The position numbers and the translations under genes are program-made. From a bacterium (GTDB lineage Bacteria > Patescibacteriota > Patescibacteriia > Veblenbacterales > UBA10138), in NCBI GenBank assembly GCA_020057885.1, contig JAGVEX010000020.1:1-57175 (forward strand): a DNA stretch of 57,175 nucleotides, read 5' to 3'. The notes beneath the pieces are model-generated. The model did no database searches, was not told the DNA's origin, and worked only from the letters and a program-made list of their open reading frames with translations. Positions 29,829 to 39,734 of the stretch are shown here, in pieces (the first letter of the stretch is position 1; each line of letters starts with the position of its first letter).

Positions 29829-29857
29829 ATTATAGCCCGATAAGTTACATTAGTCAA
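29829..29857 (-). promoter_or_regulatory. Near-consensus sigma-70 promoter of the atp operon
   Basis: The minus strand reads TTGACT (29857-29852), a 17-nt spacer, then TATAAT (29834-29829). Confidence 0.65.
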
Positions 29858-29890
29858 TGATTGAAAAAAAATTTGGCTAAGATAAAACAA

Positions 29891-29924
29891 AAAATGGCTA
29901 TCTAGCCGATTTTTTAGCCATTTT
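29891..29924 (-). terminator. Intrinsic terminator after rmuC
   Basis: aaatggcta-N14-tagccattt, with TTTTTTG following on the minus strand. Confidence 0.7.
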
Positions 29925-29972
29925 TAGAGGTTCACTATATGAGTATCTAAAGATCGGTCCCATTATCCTATT

Positions 29973-31028
29973 TTACACCTCTTCTGTATTTTTTGGCTTA
30001 TCTATTAATATTGGTTCAACACCGACCGCTTCACCAGAAATTCTTAAAACATCCGTATCAATATACTTAAGACGTTTAGATGCCTCGTTATAACTATCAA
30101 CCGTTCGATCCAAATTACCGCCAATTTTTTTAAAATATTCATTATACGCGGCTATGTGTTTTCCAAGCGCTTCAACATTTTTACGTATCTCTTTTGCTGA
30201 TTCCTCGATCTCCATTCCGCGTAAACCTTGAAGCACTGTCTGCAAATAGGCAAGAAAAGATGTTGGCGAAACTATAATAACCTTATACTTGCCAGCGGCA
30301 CGTTGTATAAGATTCTCCGTGTCTTCTGTTATAGCTCCTACCTTATTAATAAGAAGGTCATAATAAATAGCTTCATGTGGAATAAACATAAATGCAAAGT
30401 CAGTTGTTCCTTCTTCGGGACGGATATATTTAGATGTTTCTACAATACGATTTTTCAAATCATTTACAAACGCTTTTTCCAATCGTTCTTTTTCCGACAC
30501 ATCTCGCGCCTCAATTAATCTGTTATAATTCTCAAGTGAAAACTTCGAATCAATTGGAACAATCTTTTTATCCTTTCTAATTGAAACAAAAACGGCTGCA
30601 TCTACAATATTACCATCTTTAAAAGGGTACTGCATTTTATACATTTCTGGTGGTAAAATATTTTTCAACAATGTTTCTAAATAGTACTCACCCAAAACGC
30701 CACGTTGCTTGGGGTTCTTAAGAATATCTTGTAAACTTTGTAGCTGGTCGGCAAAATTAACCACCTGACGATTTGTTTCGTCGAGCTTTACTAAACGTTC
30801 CGTAACATCACGAATAATTTTAGCTGACTCACCAAACTGATTCTGCATCATCTTAGTAGATTCCCCTAGCTTGTTATCTAAGGTACGGGTTATCTCATTA
30901 AGCTGATTTTGCAATAGTAATAAAGAACTCCCATCAGCTTGCCCTGAACCGCGTGATTTAAGGAATAAAAATAAAGCAACAAACCCGCCTATTACGATAA
31001 TCAAAAGTATAATAAATTCCAAACTCAT
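29973..31028 (-). CDS. rmuC: DNA recombination protein RmuC
   Basis: 351 aa. N-terminal TM segment, coiled coil and a C-terminal nuclease-like region (RGVLGEYYLE...VDAAV...PIDSKFSLE...FMFIPHEAIY). Confidence 0.88.
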   Translation of the reverse strand: MSLEFIILLIIVIGGFVALFLFLKSRGSGQADGSSLLLLQNQLNEITRTLDNKLGESTKMMQNQFGESAKIIRDVTERLVKLDETNRQVVNFADQLQSLQDILKNPKQRGVLGEYYLETLLKNILPPEMYKMQYPFKDGNIVDAAVFVSIRKDKKIVPIDSKFSLENYNRLIEARDVSEKERLEKAFVNDLKNRIVETSKYIRPEEGTTDFAFMFIPHEAIYYDLLINKVGAITEDTENLIQRAAGKYKVIIVSPTSFLAYLQTVLQGLRGMEIEESAKEIRKNVEALGKHIAAYNEYFKKIGGNLDRTVDSYNEASKRLKYIDTDVLRISGEAVGVEPILIDKPKNTEEV

Positions 31029-31159
31029 ATAACTATTATAACAGAACTTTATCCTTTTACCATAATCCTATTTAAATGAAATAAAAATTGTACTATACTT
31101 AAAGTAAATCTAACAAAAAGTGCTATTTTCTAAATCAATACCCCTGAAAGGAGTACGCC

Positions 31160-31870
31160 ATGACCAAAGCTCTTGTTTTTAACCGCACTATTTATCTACC
31201 TCTTGTTAGCCGCAATTTAACTATTGCTTTACCTATATCGGTCTCATTTCACTTAGTGTTGATCGCTATTTATTATATTGTCTCATCATTTTCCATTGAA
31301 GAGCAGATAGTAACGATCAGACTAACAAAATATATCGATCTGCCACCTCCGCCATCAATAGATCAGGTTAATAACACACCAATAGTCAATGTTAATACAC
31401 CAACAACAATGGGAAAGGGCATACCTGTTCCTGTACCCGATGCCGACGTTAATCCAGAGCAGACTATTGCCTCACAAATAGATTTAGCCAGACTAACTGG
31501 TCCGACGGATGACATTTTAAATAGTAAATCGCAAGTAGAATTTATTGCTGATGAGATCATAATTGAAGAAGAGTCGTCTTTAGATGCTTTTATACCAGTA
31601 GAAAAACAACCCGTACCAATTACACAAGTAGCGCCATCTTATCCAATAATCGCCCAACGGACAAACATTGAAGGAACTGTTTGGGTAAAAATATTAATTG
31701 ATAAAAATGGTAAAGCTAAAAAAGCAATAGTTATCAAAAGCGATGCAGAAATATTTAACGAAGCAGCAATTCAGGCTGCACTGCAATGGGTGTTTACACC
31801 TGCCATGATGAATAATGGCCCAGTTCAAGTGTGGGCGGCTGTTCCTTTTAAATTTAAATTAAATAAATAG
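31160..31870 (+). CDS. TonB-family protein (N-terminal TM, Pro-rich spacer, TonB C-terminal domain)
   Basis: 236 aa. PPPPS spacer and C-terminal VAPSYPIIAQRTNIEGTVWVKILIDKNGKAKKAIVIKSDAEIFNEAAIQAALQWVFTPAMMNNGPV. Confidence 0.8.
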   Translation: MTKALVFNRTIYLPLVSRNLTIALPISVSFHLVLIAIYYIVSSFSIEEQIVTIRLTKYIDLPPPPSIDQVNNTPIVNVNTPTTMGKGIPVPVPDADVNPEQTIASQIDLARLTGPTDDILNSKSQVEFIADEIIIEEESSLDAFIPVEKQPVPITQVAPSYPIIAQRTNIEGTVWVKILIDKNGKAKKAIVIKSDAEIFNEAAIQAALQWVFTPAMMNNGPVQVWAAVPFKFKLNK

Positions 31871-31897
31871 AGTAAATTTTTTTGCAAAACAAAAATA

Positions 31898-31928
31898 ATC
31901 CCGTGTTTTATTACGCACGGGATTTTTT
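31898..31928 (+). terminator. Intrinsic terminator of the TonB-like gene
   Basis: atcccgtg-N10-cacgggat, followed by TTTTTT. Confidence 0.75.
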
Positions 31929-31945
31929 ATAAAACCAACAAAACA

Positions 31946-31989
31946 CCATCCAGTGATTTATGTCCGGCCGGACATAAATCACTGGATGG
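31946..31989. repeat. Perfect 44-nt palindrome (22+22), probable terminator for the tatD-side operon
   Basis: ccatccagtgatttatgtccgg|ccggacataaatcactggatgg. On the minus strand it is followed by tgttttgttggtttt. Confidence 0.8.
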
Positions 31990-32029
31990 GAAATTACGTA
32001 CACGAAGGCGAATAAAGATTGTTTTAGTA

Positions 32030-32866
32030 TTAAACTATATTGAATAATAACTTAGCGTTCGCAGTAGTCGCACGATCAACTTCTTCTAGTTCTATATCCT
32101 TAATTTCCGCAAGTTTCTTAGCCACTTCTACTACATAAGCCGGCTCGTTGCGAGTGCCGCGGTAAGCTTGGGGCGCTAGGTAAGGTGCGTCGGTTTCAAT
32201 CATTATTTTTTCTAGGGGTGTTTCTTTAATTATTTTTAGCAGAGATGAGCCAACATTTTTAAAAGTAATTATTCCCGTAAATGATAATAAAAATCCTAAA
32301 TCTAAAAATTTCTTAGCCTGCTCTTCGGTGCCCACAAAACAATGACTCACACCCCGCTTGGGCAACAAACCTTGTTTGATTGATTTTTCTAATACTTGAA
32401 AAATATCATCATAAGACTCGCGGCTGTGGATAATAATGGGTAAATTAAGTTCGCTGGCTAATTTTATATGTTGTTCAAAAAGCTCAATTTGTTTAATTTT
32501 AACTTCTTCTTTGGCAACATTTTCCGGAAAACGATAATAATCCAAACCACATTCCCCTATAGCCACCACTCTTTTATTATTGGCAAATAATTTTTTATAC
32601 TTAGCTGGATTAAATATCTCAGCCTTGGTTTTAAAATGAATTTCTTCTTCATCCACTTCCTGCTCAAATAAATGAATGGGATGCAAACCAATTGCGGCAT
32701 ATAAATTATCATTTTCCTGCGCCAGTTTTACCGCTCGTTCGCTAGTTTTGTACTGACTGCCAACATTGATAATAGAATTAACGCCCGCCAATTTGGCGCG
32801 CGCAATAACCTCGGCGGTATCATCTTTAAAAGCTCGAAAATTTAAATGGCAGTGAGTATCAATCAT
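32030..32866 (-). CDS. TatD-family metal-dependent hydrolase/DNase
   Basis: 278 aa. MIDTHCHLNF, GLHP, GECGLDY, HSR and ETDAPYL motifs. Confidence 0.92.
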   Translation of the reverse strand: MIDTHCHLNFRAFKDDTAEVIARAKLAGVNSIINVGSQYKTSERAVKLAQENDNLYAAIGLHPIHLFEQEVDEEEIHFKTKAEIFNPAKYKKLFANNKRVVAIGECGLDYYRFPENVAKEEVKIKQIELFEQHIKLASELNLPIIIHSRESYDDIFQVLEKSIKQGLLPKRGVSHCFVGTEEQAKKFLDLGFLLSFTGIITFKNVGSSLLKIIKETPLEKIMIETDAPYLAPQAYRGTRNEPAYVVEVAKKLAEIKDIELEEVDRATTANAKLLFNIV

Positions 32867-32906
32867 ACTTAAAAACCCATAGGATTTTAATTTTAGACTT
32901 AAATTA

Positions 32907-33446
32907 TTACTGTGGTATTGGCAAATTAATTCCCGGTATGTATGGTTGCACCTGCTTAATAATATCTGGTAAAAGCGGTACTAAAATAGAAGCGATGGAT
33001 GTAAATTTCAAAGCCACACGCGAAGCAGCAATTGCTTCTTCCACCATAATTGGCAAATCTATTCTGCTGGCAAAATAAAGCGTTAAGCCAATTACCAAAA
33101 CTCCTTCAATTAATCCGAGTAGCGCGCCGGCCAAATGATTAATGGTTTTAAGAAAAGGAATGACAGATATAAAACGGAAAGATCTATCCAAGATATAAAA
33201 AATAAATCCAACTAAACGATTTGCTACTATAAAAAGAAATACAAAAGAAAGTAGTTCCACCCAAGCGCTATTAGTGCCGAGCAACATCTGCAATGGTCCT
33301 GTTAATTTATCGTAAAAATGACCAGCCAGCCAAGCGCCAGCTACTGTACCAACAACACCGCCCACCATATGAATAATACCAAACCAAAAACCAAACCATA
33401 CAAAACCAACCAAACTGAGAATGAGAAGAAAATCAAGGAGTGTCAT
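32907..33446 (-). CDS. cvpA: CvpA-family membrane protein
   Basis: 179 aa with 4 TM segments. The N-terminal LDFLLILSLVGFVWFGFWFG is typical of the family. Confidence 0.75.
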   Translation of the reverse strand: MTLLDFLLILSLVGFVWFGFWFGIIHMVGGVVGTVAGAWLAGHFYDKLTGPLQMLLGTNSAWVELLSFVFLFIVANRLVGFIFYILDRSFRFISVIPFLKTINHLAGALLGLIEGVLVIGLTLYFASRIDLPIMVEEAIAASRVALKFTSIASILVPLLPDIIKQVQPYIPGINLPIPQ

Positions 33447-33478
33447 ATGATTAATAAATTAAGTATTTAAAGTAAGGA

Positions 33479-34924
33479 TTATTTTTTATTGAGGCGAGGA
33501 AAAAGCGGATCGGCTTTGGTAATTTTATCAGCCCGCAATGCATCTTCCATTTTTTTAGTCGTTTCTAGCATAAATGGTTCTAAATACATTGATACATCAA
33601 GTAACATGGTACCCCACTTATCCAACAACAACTCAATGGCGTTCTCCTTGCCGTCCTTGGCCATTTGCCAAGGTTTAGTTTTTTCTATTTCCTCATCAAT
33701 TGAACTAATAATATTAAAAATTGCTAATAAGACAACATCAAATTTAAAATTACGCAAAGAGCTCTCAATGGCTGAAGCCACACCAGCGGTAAATTGATTG
33801 CCTCCTTCGCCTTGCTTAAAACGCCCTCGCCCAAATTTTTCTATCATATTTGTCACCCGCGAAAAAGTATTACCTAAACCATTAGCCAAATCACTCTCGT
33901 ATCGCTCACGAAAACGTTTTAAAGAAATATCACCATCGCTCTCAAACGGAACTTGCGATAAAATTAAATATCTGGTTGCCTCCACACCAAATTCATCTAC
34001 TAAATCATTCGGATCAATTACATTACCCAAACTCTTGGACATTTTCTGTCCATCAATAGTAAAAAATCCGTGGGTCGCAATAATTTTAGGCAAGGGCAAT
34101 TCAGCCGCCAGTAAAAGTGCCTCCCAAATAATGGCATGAAACCATAAAATATCCTTGGCCAACAAATGCACATCCGCCGGCCAAAAATCTTTTTTACCTT
34201 CGACAAATTGCGTGGCTGAATAATAATTTATCAAGGCATCTACCCATACATAAACAGTTTGACTTTCGTCCCATGGCACTTTTACGCCCCAGCTCACGCC
34301 TGCGCGCGAAATGGAAATATCTTCCAAGCCATGCCTAATTTTGCCAACAATCTCTTTGTAGCGACCATCCGGCACTATCTTGTAATCAGAATCATCTAAG
34401 GCTTTGAGTAATTTATCCCCAAACGCGCTTAATTTAAAAAAATAATTTTTTTCTTTTTGTGCTACCGGTTTTTGATTAGGATGCAAAGGACAAACATTGT
34501 TTACCAAATCATCGGTTTGTAAAAACTTTTCACAACCCACGCAATAAAGCCCCTCATACTCCCCAGCATAAATATATCCTTTATCATAAATCCGCTTTAA
34601 CAAATCCTGCACTACTTTTTCGTGTTGTGAATCAGAGGTGCGAATAAAATAATCATAATTTATATTAAGTTTAGACCATGCGTCTTTAAAAGTCTGCGAC
34701 GTTTTCTCCGCAAATTCCAGAGGTGTTAAACCGGCCGCTTCGGCTGATTGCTGAACCTTAGCACCGTGCTCATCTGTACCGGTTAAAAAGAACACGTTTT
34801 CTTTGCCATATTTTTCACGATAAAAACGCGCCAAAACATCAGCGCAAAGAGTAGTATAAGCATGCCCCAAGTGCGGCTTATCGTTTACGTAATAAATTGG
34901 TGTAGTAATATAAAATCTTGACAT
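33479..34924 (-). CDS. metG: Methionine--tRNA ligase
   Basis: 481 aa. HLGH signature (PHLGHAYTT), KMSKS, and Zn-knuckle Cys residues CVGCEKF...CPLH. Confidence 0.96.
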   Translation of the reverse strand: MSRFYITTPIYYVNDKPHLGHAYTTLCADVLARFYREKYGKENVFFLTGTDEHGAKVQQSAEAAGLTPLEFAEKTSQTFKDAWSKLNINYDYFIRTSDSQHEKVVQDLLKRIYDKGYIYAGEYEGLYCVGCEKFLQTDDLVNNVCPLHPNQKPVAQKEKNYFFKLSAFGDKLLKALDDSDYKIVPDGRYKEIVGKIRHGLEDISISRAGVSWGVKVPWDESQTVYVWVDALINYYSATQFVEGKKDFWPADVHLLAKDILWFHAIIWEALLLAAELPLPKIIATHGFFTIDGQKMSKSLGNVIDPNDLVDEFGVEATRYLILSQVPFESDGDISLKRFRERYESDLANGLGNTFSRVTNMIEKFGRGRFKQGEGGNQFTAGVASAIESSLRNFKFDVVLLAIFNIISSIDEEIEKTKPWQMAKDGKENAIELLLDKWGTMLLDVSMYLEPFMLETTKKMEDALRADKITKADPLFPRLNKK

Positions 34925-35139
34925 AAATATATCCCTATGGTATAGAATAACGTACTAATACAAACAAAACAATACTTAAAATTTACACTGAAATAATGTG
35001 AACAGATACGATTAATTTATCGTACATAGCTATTTAGGCCAAAAACCAAAAAATAAGCTTAAACCCCTTAACTTATTAATGGAGCCTCAGCACAAATTTA
35101 CTGAGATAGTTAAACGTTTACGTTACTCAGTGTTATATA

Positions 35140-35179
35140 CCGTCCGTCGCAAGTATCTCCCTTGTGACGGCGGTTTTTT
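35140..35179 (+). terminator. Plus-strand-oriented intrinsic terminator with no annotated plus-strand gene
   Basis: ccgtccgtcgcaag-N7-cttgtgacggcgg forms 13 bp with one bulge and one G-U pair, followed by T6. The orientation is wrong for rsmI, whose stop codon abuts the T-run. Confidence 0.5.
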
Positions 35180-35180
35180 A

Positions 35181-35855
35181 TTATAAATTATTAACTGACA
35201 CTATTACTACAAACTCCCCTTTAGTTGAAGATTTATTTAGCTGATTCACTATTTCACTTGGCTCTCCTCGATAAATAGTTTCAAACTTTTTTGTAAGCTC
35301 GCGACACACCACTATATTACGTTTTGGCATCAAGCGCCCCAACTCCTGTAAGGCTTTTATAATGCGGTGAGTTGATTCATAAAAAATTATTGGATACTCG
35401 CTGGCAACAATTTTTTTAAAAAAAGTTTGTCGGCCCTTTTTGTGTGGCGGAAATCCTAAAAATAAATAATTTTGAATTGACAAACCAGCAACCGATAAAG
35501 CGACTGTTACAGCAGAAGGGCCTGGAATAGGAACTACATTTATATTATTAGCTATTGCCTGCTCTACTAATTTACCGCCCGGGTCAGATATACCTGGGGT
35601 ACCTGCATCAGAAACATAAGCCATTGCTTCTCCAGCTTTTAAACGCCCTATTAAACTATTTAAAATTTGTAAAGAAGAATGATGGTGATAACTTAATGTA
35701 GGAACATTAATATTATAATGCGCTAATAATTTTTTTGTTACTCTCGTATCTTCACATACTACAAAAGAAACACGCTTTAGTGTTTCTAAAGCGCGTTCAG
35801 AAATATCACTCAAATTACCAATTGGTGTGGCCACCACATACAATATTCCGTCCAT
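35181..35855 (-). CDS. rsmI: 16S rRNA (cytidine1402-2'-O)-methyltransferase
   Basis: 224 aa. LYVVATPIGNLSDIS, CEDTR and SDAGTPGISDPG motifs. Confidence 0.93.
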   Translation of the reverse strand: MDGILYVVATPIGNLSDISERALETLKRVSFVVCEDTRVTKKLLAHYNINVPTLSYHHHSSLQILNSLIGRLKAGEAMAYVSDAGTPGISDPGGKLVEQAIANNINVVPIPGPSAVTVALSVAGLSIQNYLFLGFPPHKKGRQTFFKKIVASEYPIIFYESTHRIIKALQELGRLMPKRNIVVCRELTKKFETIYRGEPSEIVNQLNKSSTKGEFVVIVSVNNL

Positions 35856-35867
35856 AAAACCTACAAA

Positions 35868-36941
35868 CTAAACCAATTTGCTAGAACTCTGATCGTTTGA
35901 TTCTAAATCAACATTAAAACGCTTATCACAAAAATCCGACACAATTACAGCCACTACCACAGCTACTGGAATTGCCATTAACGCCCCCACAATACCACCT
36001 ATTTTAGCACCAATTAAAATTACAATAATTGAAATTACAGGATTCAATCCCACAGCCTTTTTCATAATTGTTGGCACCAACAAATTATTTTCCAATTGCT
36101 GTATTATCATATAAGTAAGAAATATACCAAGCGCTTTAATTGGCGAAATAGAAAACGCCAAAGCCACCGCTGGTATAGCTCCTAGTACCGGCCCAACGTA
36201 AGGAATAATCTCTGTTAGTCCAGCCCACAAGGCTAGCACTAAGGCATACTCCATTCCCCAAATAGTTAAACCAATATAAGTCAACAACCCCACGACAAAC
36301 ATAAGTATAAGTTCACCTCTAAACCAAAGACCAAGTTTTTCTTGTATTTTACTCATAGTGCCAGCAACCTTGTCCTGATATTGGACAGGAGTAAGAGAAT
36401 GAACAAACTGTCTAACACCATTTTTTCTCACTATTAAGTAAAAAGTTATCACAAAAACTGAGACAAATTGAATTAAGCCGCCAAAAATACCGGCTAAGGT
36501 AGAAAATACTGAAGTAGTAGCGCTGGCTAAACCTGCTCCAGCCGATTGTAGCACTTGTTGCAAAGTAGCTGCCACCTCGTCGTTAAAAGCGCCACCCGCA
36601 GTCGAAAAGCTAGCAACCAATTTATTGTAATAATAAGGCAAATTATTCGCTAACTGACCTAATTGCTCCACCAGTGGTGGTATCATGAGGATAAGAATAA
36701 TTGCTAACAGGGAAAAAATTGCTAAATAAATAAATACAACACCAAGTGGTCTGGGGATATGATTTTTTTGCATCCAATCAACCCAAGGATCAAGCGCGGT
36801 AGAAAAAATTATAGCTATAAATAGTAAAGCCAAAACATCAAAAACGGCGTAAAAAAAGTAAAACAAAACAATAGCCAACAACACTTTAAGTAAAGTGGTA
36901 AAAGAGATATTAATAGTGCGACTAGTGGAATCTTGCGCCAT
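35868..36941 (-). CDS. AI-2E family transporter (PerM-like permease)
   Basis: 357 aa polytopic protein with the conserved IPYVGPVLGAIP segment. Confidence 0.88.
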   Translation of the reverse strand: MAQDSTSRTINISFTTLLKVLLAIVLFYFFYAVFDVLALLFIAIIFSTALDPWVDWMQKNHIPRPLGVVFIYLAIFSLLAIILILMIPPLVEQLGQLANNLPYYYNKLVASFSTAGGAFNDEVAATLQQVLQSAGAGLASATTSVFSTLAGIFGGLIQFVSVFVITFYLIVRKNGVRQFVHSLTPVQYQDKVAGTMSKIQEKLGLWFRGELILMFVVGLLTYIGLTIWGMEYALVLALWAGLTEIIPYVGPVLGAIPAVALAFSISPIKALGIFLTYMIIQQLENNLLVPTIMKKAVGLNPVISIIVILIGAKIGGIVGALMAIPVAVVVAVIVSDFCDKRFNVDLESNDQSSSKLV

Positions 36942-36969
36942 ATATAAATTGGATTAATTTATAATTCTA

Positions 36970-38235
36970 TTATTTTAAAAATTTAAACCAAGTATCAGAT
37001 TTTTTAAACGGGCCAATAAGTGCTAAAGTAGCCTTTTTAAAATTAATCAATTCCTGCGCTACTTGCTTTACTGACTTTGCCTCCACTGCCTGTAAACGCG
37101 ATAGATATTGGTGCGGTGTTTCGCGACTATCTTCTAAAAACCACTGCTTCCCCACCCACTCAGCCTGCGAAGCAGAATCTTCCAAAGCTAAAATAAACCT
37201 ACCTTTAATATACTCCTTTGTGCGATTAAGTTCATCCCCCTCCACTCCACGGCTCGATATTTTCTCTAATTCTTCACGTATTAAGCTAATAGCCAACGGC
37301 AAACGCTTTTGGTCCAACCCAGCCTGCACTGCAAATAAACCAGTACCCTGATAACATTCTGTTCCGGTCCTAATTGAGTAACACAAACCCTCTTGCTCTC
37401 TTAATCTCATAAATAACCGCGAGCTCATATTGCCGCCCAAAATAATGGAAAGGAGTTCAAGGGCTAACAAATTTTTATGTTTCCAGCCATAACTCGGAAA
37501 ACCAAGGGCTAGTTGTACTTGTTCTGTATCTTTATAATGCAAAACTACTTTTGGCTTTTTGGGCTGAGGGACAAAAGAAGCAAATTTTCCCAAACTACCT
37601 TGTGGCCGCTTTACGCCAAATGTTTTATTTAATAATTGCGGAAATTTAGAATTTAATTTGCCAGCGGCTATCAACAACATATTTTTAGGATGATAATAGC
37701 TCTGCCAAAAATTAACAAGTTGAGACCGATTAAGAGATACTACACTATCCCTAGTACCGCTTATCAACTTACCTAAAGTTGAACCGGTAAACACACCATT
37801 TTCCAAAAGATCGCCTATATGCATTAAAGGATTATCCTGATACATATTAATTTCCTCCACAATTACTTTTTTCTCACGCTCCATTTCAACGCCCTCACAA
37901 CGTGAATACCACAACATATCTGCCAACACATCTAACACTACTGGCAAATGATCAGCCGCGGCCTTAATATAATATCCCGTATATTCTTTAGTGGTATAAG
38001 CATTATATTCCGCGCCTAATCCATCCAAAATTTGCGTTAAAACACGCGCGGTTGGACGACGTTCTGTGCCCTTAAACATCATGTGCTCTAAAAAGTGCGA
38101 AAGTCCGCCTTGTTTAGTATTTTCCAAACGCGAACCAACGCGCACTAACACGTGTACACAAACAGCCTCCGTACCGGCAACCGGCACAGTTATAAGAGGC
38201 AACCCATTGGGCAGCTTGGTGTATTTGGTCAACAT
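36970..38235 (-). CDS. M16-family (pitrilysin/insulinase-like) zinc peptidase
   Basis: 421 aa. HFLEHMMFKGT carries the inverted zinc motif HxxEH. Confidence 0.88.
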   Translation of the reverse strand: MLTKYTKLPNGLPLITVPVAGTEAVCVHVLVRVGSRLENTKQGGLSHFLEHMMFKGTERRPTARVLTQILDGLGAEYNAYTTKEYTGYYIKAAADHLPVVLDVLADMLWYSRCEGVEMEREKKVIVEEINMYQDNPLMHIGDLLENGVFTGSTLGKLISGTRDSVVSLNRSQLVNFWQSYYHPKNMLLIAAGKLNSKFPQLLNKTFGVKRPQGSLGKFASFVPQPKKPKVVLHYKDTEQVQLALGFPSYGWKHKNLLALELLSIILGGNMSSRLFMRLREQEGLCYSIRTGTECYQGTGLFAVQAGLDQKRLPLAISLIREELEKISSRGVEGDELNRTKEYIKGRFILALEDSASQAEWVGKQWFLEDSRETPHQYLSRLQAVEAKSVKQVAQELINFKKATLALIGPFKKSDTWFKFLK

Positions 38236-38242
38236 GTAATTA

Positions 38243-39643
38243 CTATAAAACTAATTTATCCTGCAAATATTTCGCAACTTCTGCCAAACTTATGCGCTCC
38301 TGCTTCATAGTATCGCGATCTCGCACTGTCACAGCCTGATCCTGCAAGGTTTCAAAATCAACTGTAATGCAATAAGGTGTACCGATTTCGTCTTGTCTGC
38401 GGTAACGGCGGCCAATGGAAGAAACTTCATCGTAAGCAGTCATAAAATGCGGGCTTAACTTGACCAATAAATCTTCTGCCACCTTAGTTAGCTCCGGTTT
38501 TTTAGACAACGGCAAAACAGCCGCTTTAATCGGCGCTAAAGCAGGGTGTAAGCGCAACACTACTTCCATTTCTTTGTTTGATTCAGTAGTGGTAGTGCGG
38601 CCGCCATCTATTTCAGTGTAAGCATCGCACAAAAAGGCTAAAGCGGCTCTATCGGCTCCAGCGGAAGTTTCTATAATCCAAGGTATAAAACTTTCGCCCG
38701 CTGCTTCGTCGCGATAAGTAAAATCGTGACCAGAAAATTTCGTATGTCGTGATAAGTCCCAATCACCGCGATTGTGAATTCCACCAAGTTCCTTCCACCC
38801 AAAGGGGAAATTATACTCTACATCAAAGGCCGCTTTGGCATAATGTGCCAATTCATCTTTGGCATGGGGGCGAAAACGAAGATTATCCGCTTTTATACCT
38901 AAAGCTAAATACCAATTTTTTCTACGCTCTTTCCAAACTTCAAACCAATGATCAGCCTCTTTGGGATTAACAAACCACTGCATTTCCATTTGTTCAAATT
39001 CGCGTGTACGGAAAGTATAATTTCCTGGCGTAATTTCGTTGCGGAATGCCTTACCAATTTGCGCAATACCAAAAGGTATTTTTTTTCTCATACTTTGCTG
39101 GACGTTTTCAAAATTCACATAAATTCCTTGCGCTGTTTCTGGACGCAAATAAATTTGTGAGGCAGTATCCTCCACCGCGCCCATAAAAGTTTTAAACATC
39201 AAATTAAAATCACGTTTGGCTGTGAGATCGCCGGCGCACTCCGGACATTTTAGCTCCGAGACATCCTTAGGCTCTTCTTTAAGATATTGCGGTTTTAGAG
39301 CACGTGCGGCTTCCAAAAGATGATCTGCCCGAAAACGTTTACGACACTTTTTACAATCCACTAGTGGATCGGTAAAACTGGCAATATGCCCCGAAGCTTC
39401 CCAAATTTTGGGATGCATTAAAATAGAAGAATCTAGCCCCACAATATCAGCGTTTTCCTGTACCATTGTTTTCCACCACAAACGCTTAACGTTGTTTTTA
39501 AGTTCCACACCCAAAGGACCATAATCATAACAAGAATTAAGCCCGCCATAAATTTCCGAAGACGGAAAAATAAATCCCCGGCGCTTAGCCAGTGATATTA
39601 TTTTATCCATTAACTCTGGTTCGGACTTTTTAGCCTTACTCAT
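38243..39643 (-). CDS. glyQS: Glycine--tRNA ligase (single-chain GlyQS type)
   Basis: 466 aa with class II motifs ([34 protein letters not shown]). Confidence 0.95.
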   Translation of the reverse strand: MSKAKKSEPELMDKIISLAKRRGFIFPSSEIYGGLNSCYDYGPLGVELKNNVKRLWWKTMVQENADIVGLDSSILMHPKIWEASGHIASFTDPLVDCKKCRKRFRADHLLEAARALKPQYLKEEPKDVSELKCPECAGDLTAKRDFNLMFKTFMGAVEDTASQIYLRPETAQGIYVNFENVQQSMRKKIPFGIAQIGKAFRNEITPGNYTFRTREFEQMEMQWFVNPKEADHWFEVWKERRKNWYLALGIKADNLRFRPHAKDELAHYAKAAFDVEYNFPFGWKELGGIHNRGDWDLSRHTKFSGHDFTYRDEAAGESFIPWIIETSAGADRAALAFLCDAYTEIDGGRTTTTESNKEMEVVLRLHPALAPIKAAVLPLSKKPELTKVAEDLLVKLSPHFMTAYDEVSSIGRRYRRQDEIGTPYCITVDFETLQDQAVTVRDRDTMKQERISLAEVAKYLQDKLVL

Positions 39644-39689
39644 AATAAATATACTTTAACAAGTTTTAAAGCTTTTGGCAAATATAAAA

Positions 39690-39717
39690 CTGCCGTTATG
39701 AAAGAACATAACGGCAG
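39690..39717 (-). terminator. Intrinsic terminator after 39735..40175
   Basis: ctgccgttatg-N6-cataacggcag, with TTTTAT following on the minus strand. Confidence 0.7.
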
Positions 39718-39734
39718 GTGTATAATTTGGAAGA

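Noticed and set aside
35080-35185. A 35-codon plus-strand ORF in the rsmI-metG gap as a real small protein.
   Set aside because: It has no SD, it runs through the terminator hairpin, and it ends inside the rsmI stop region. I mention it only as an alternative reading within the finding for this gap.
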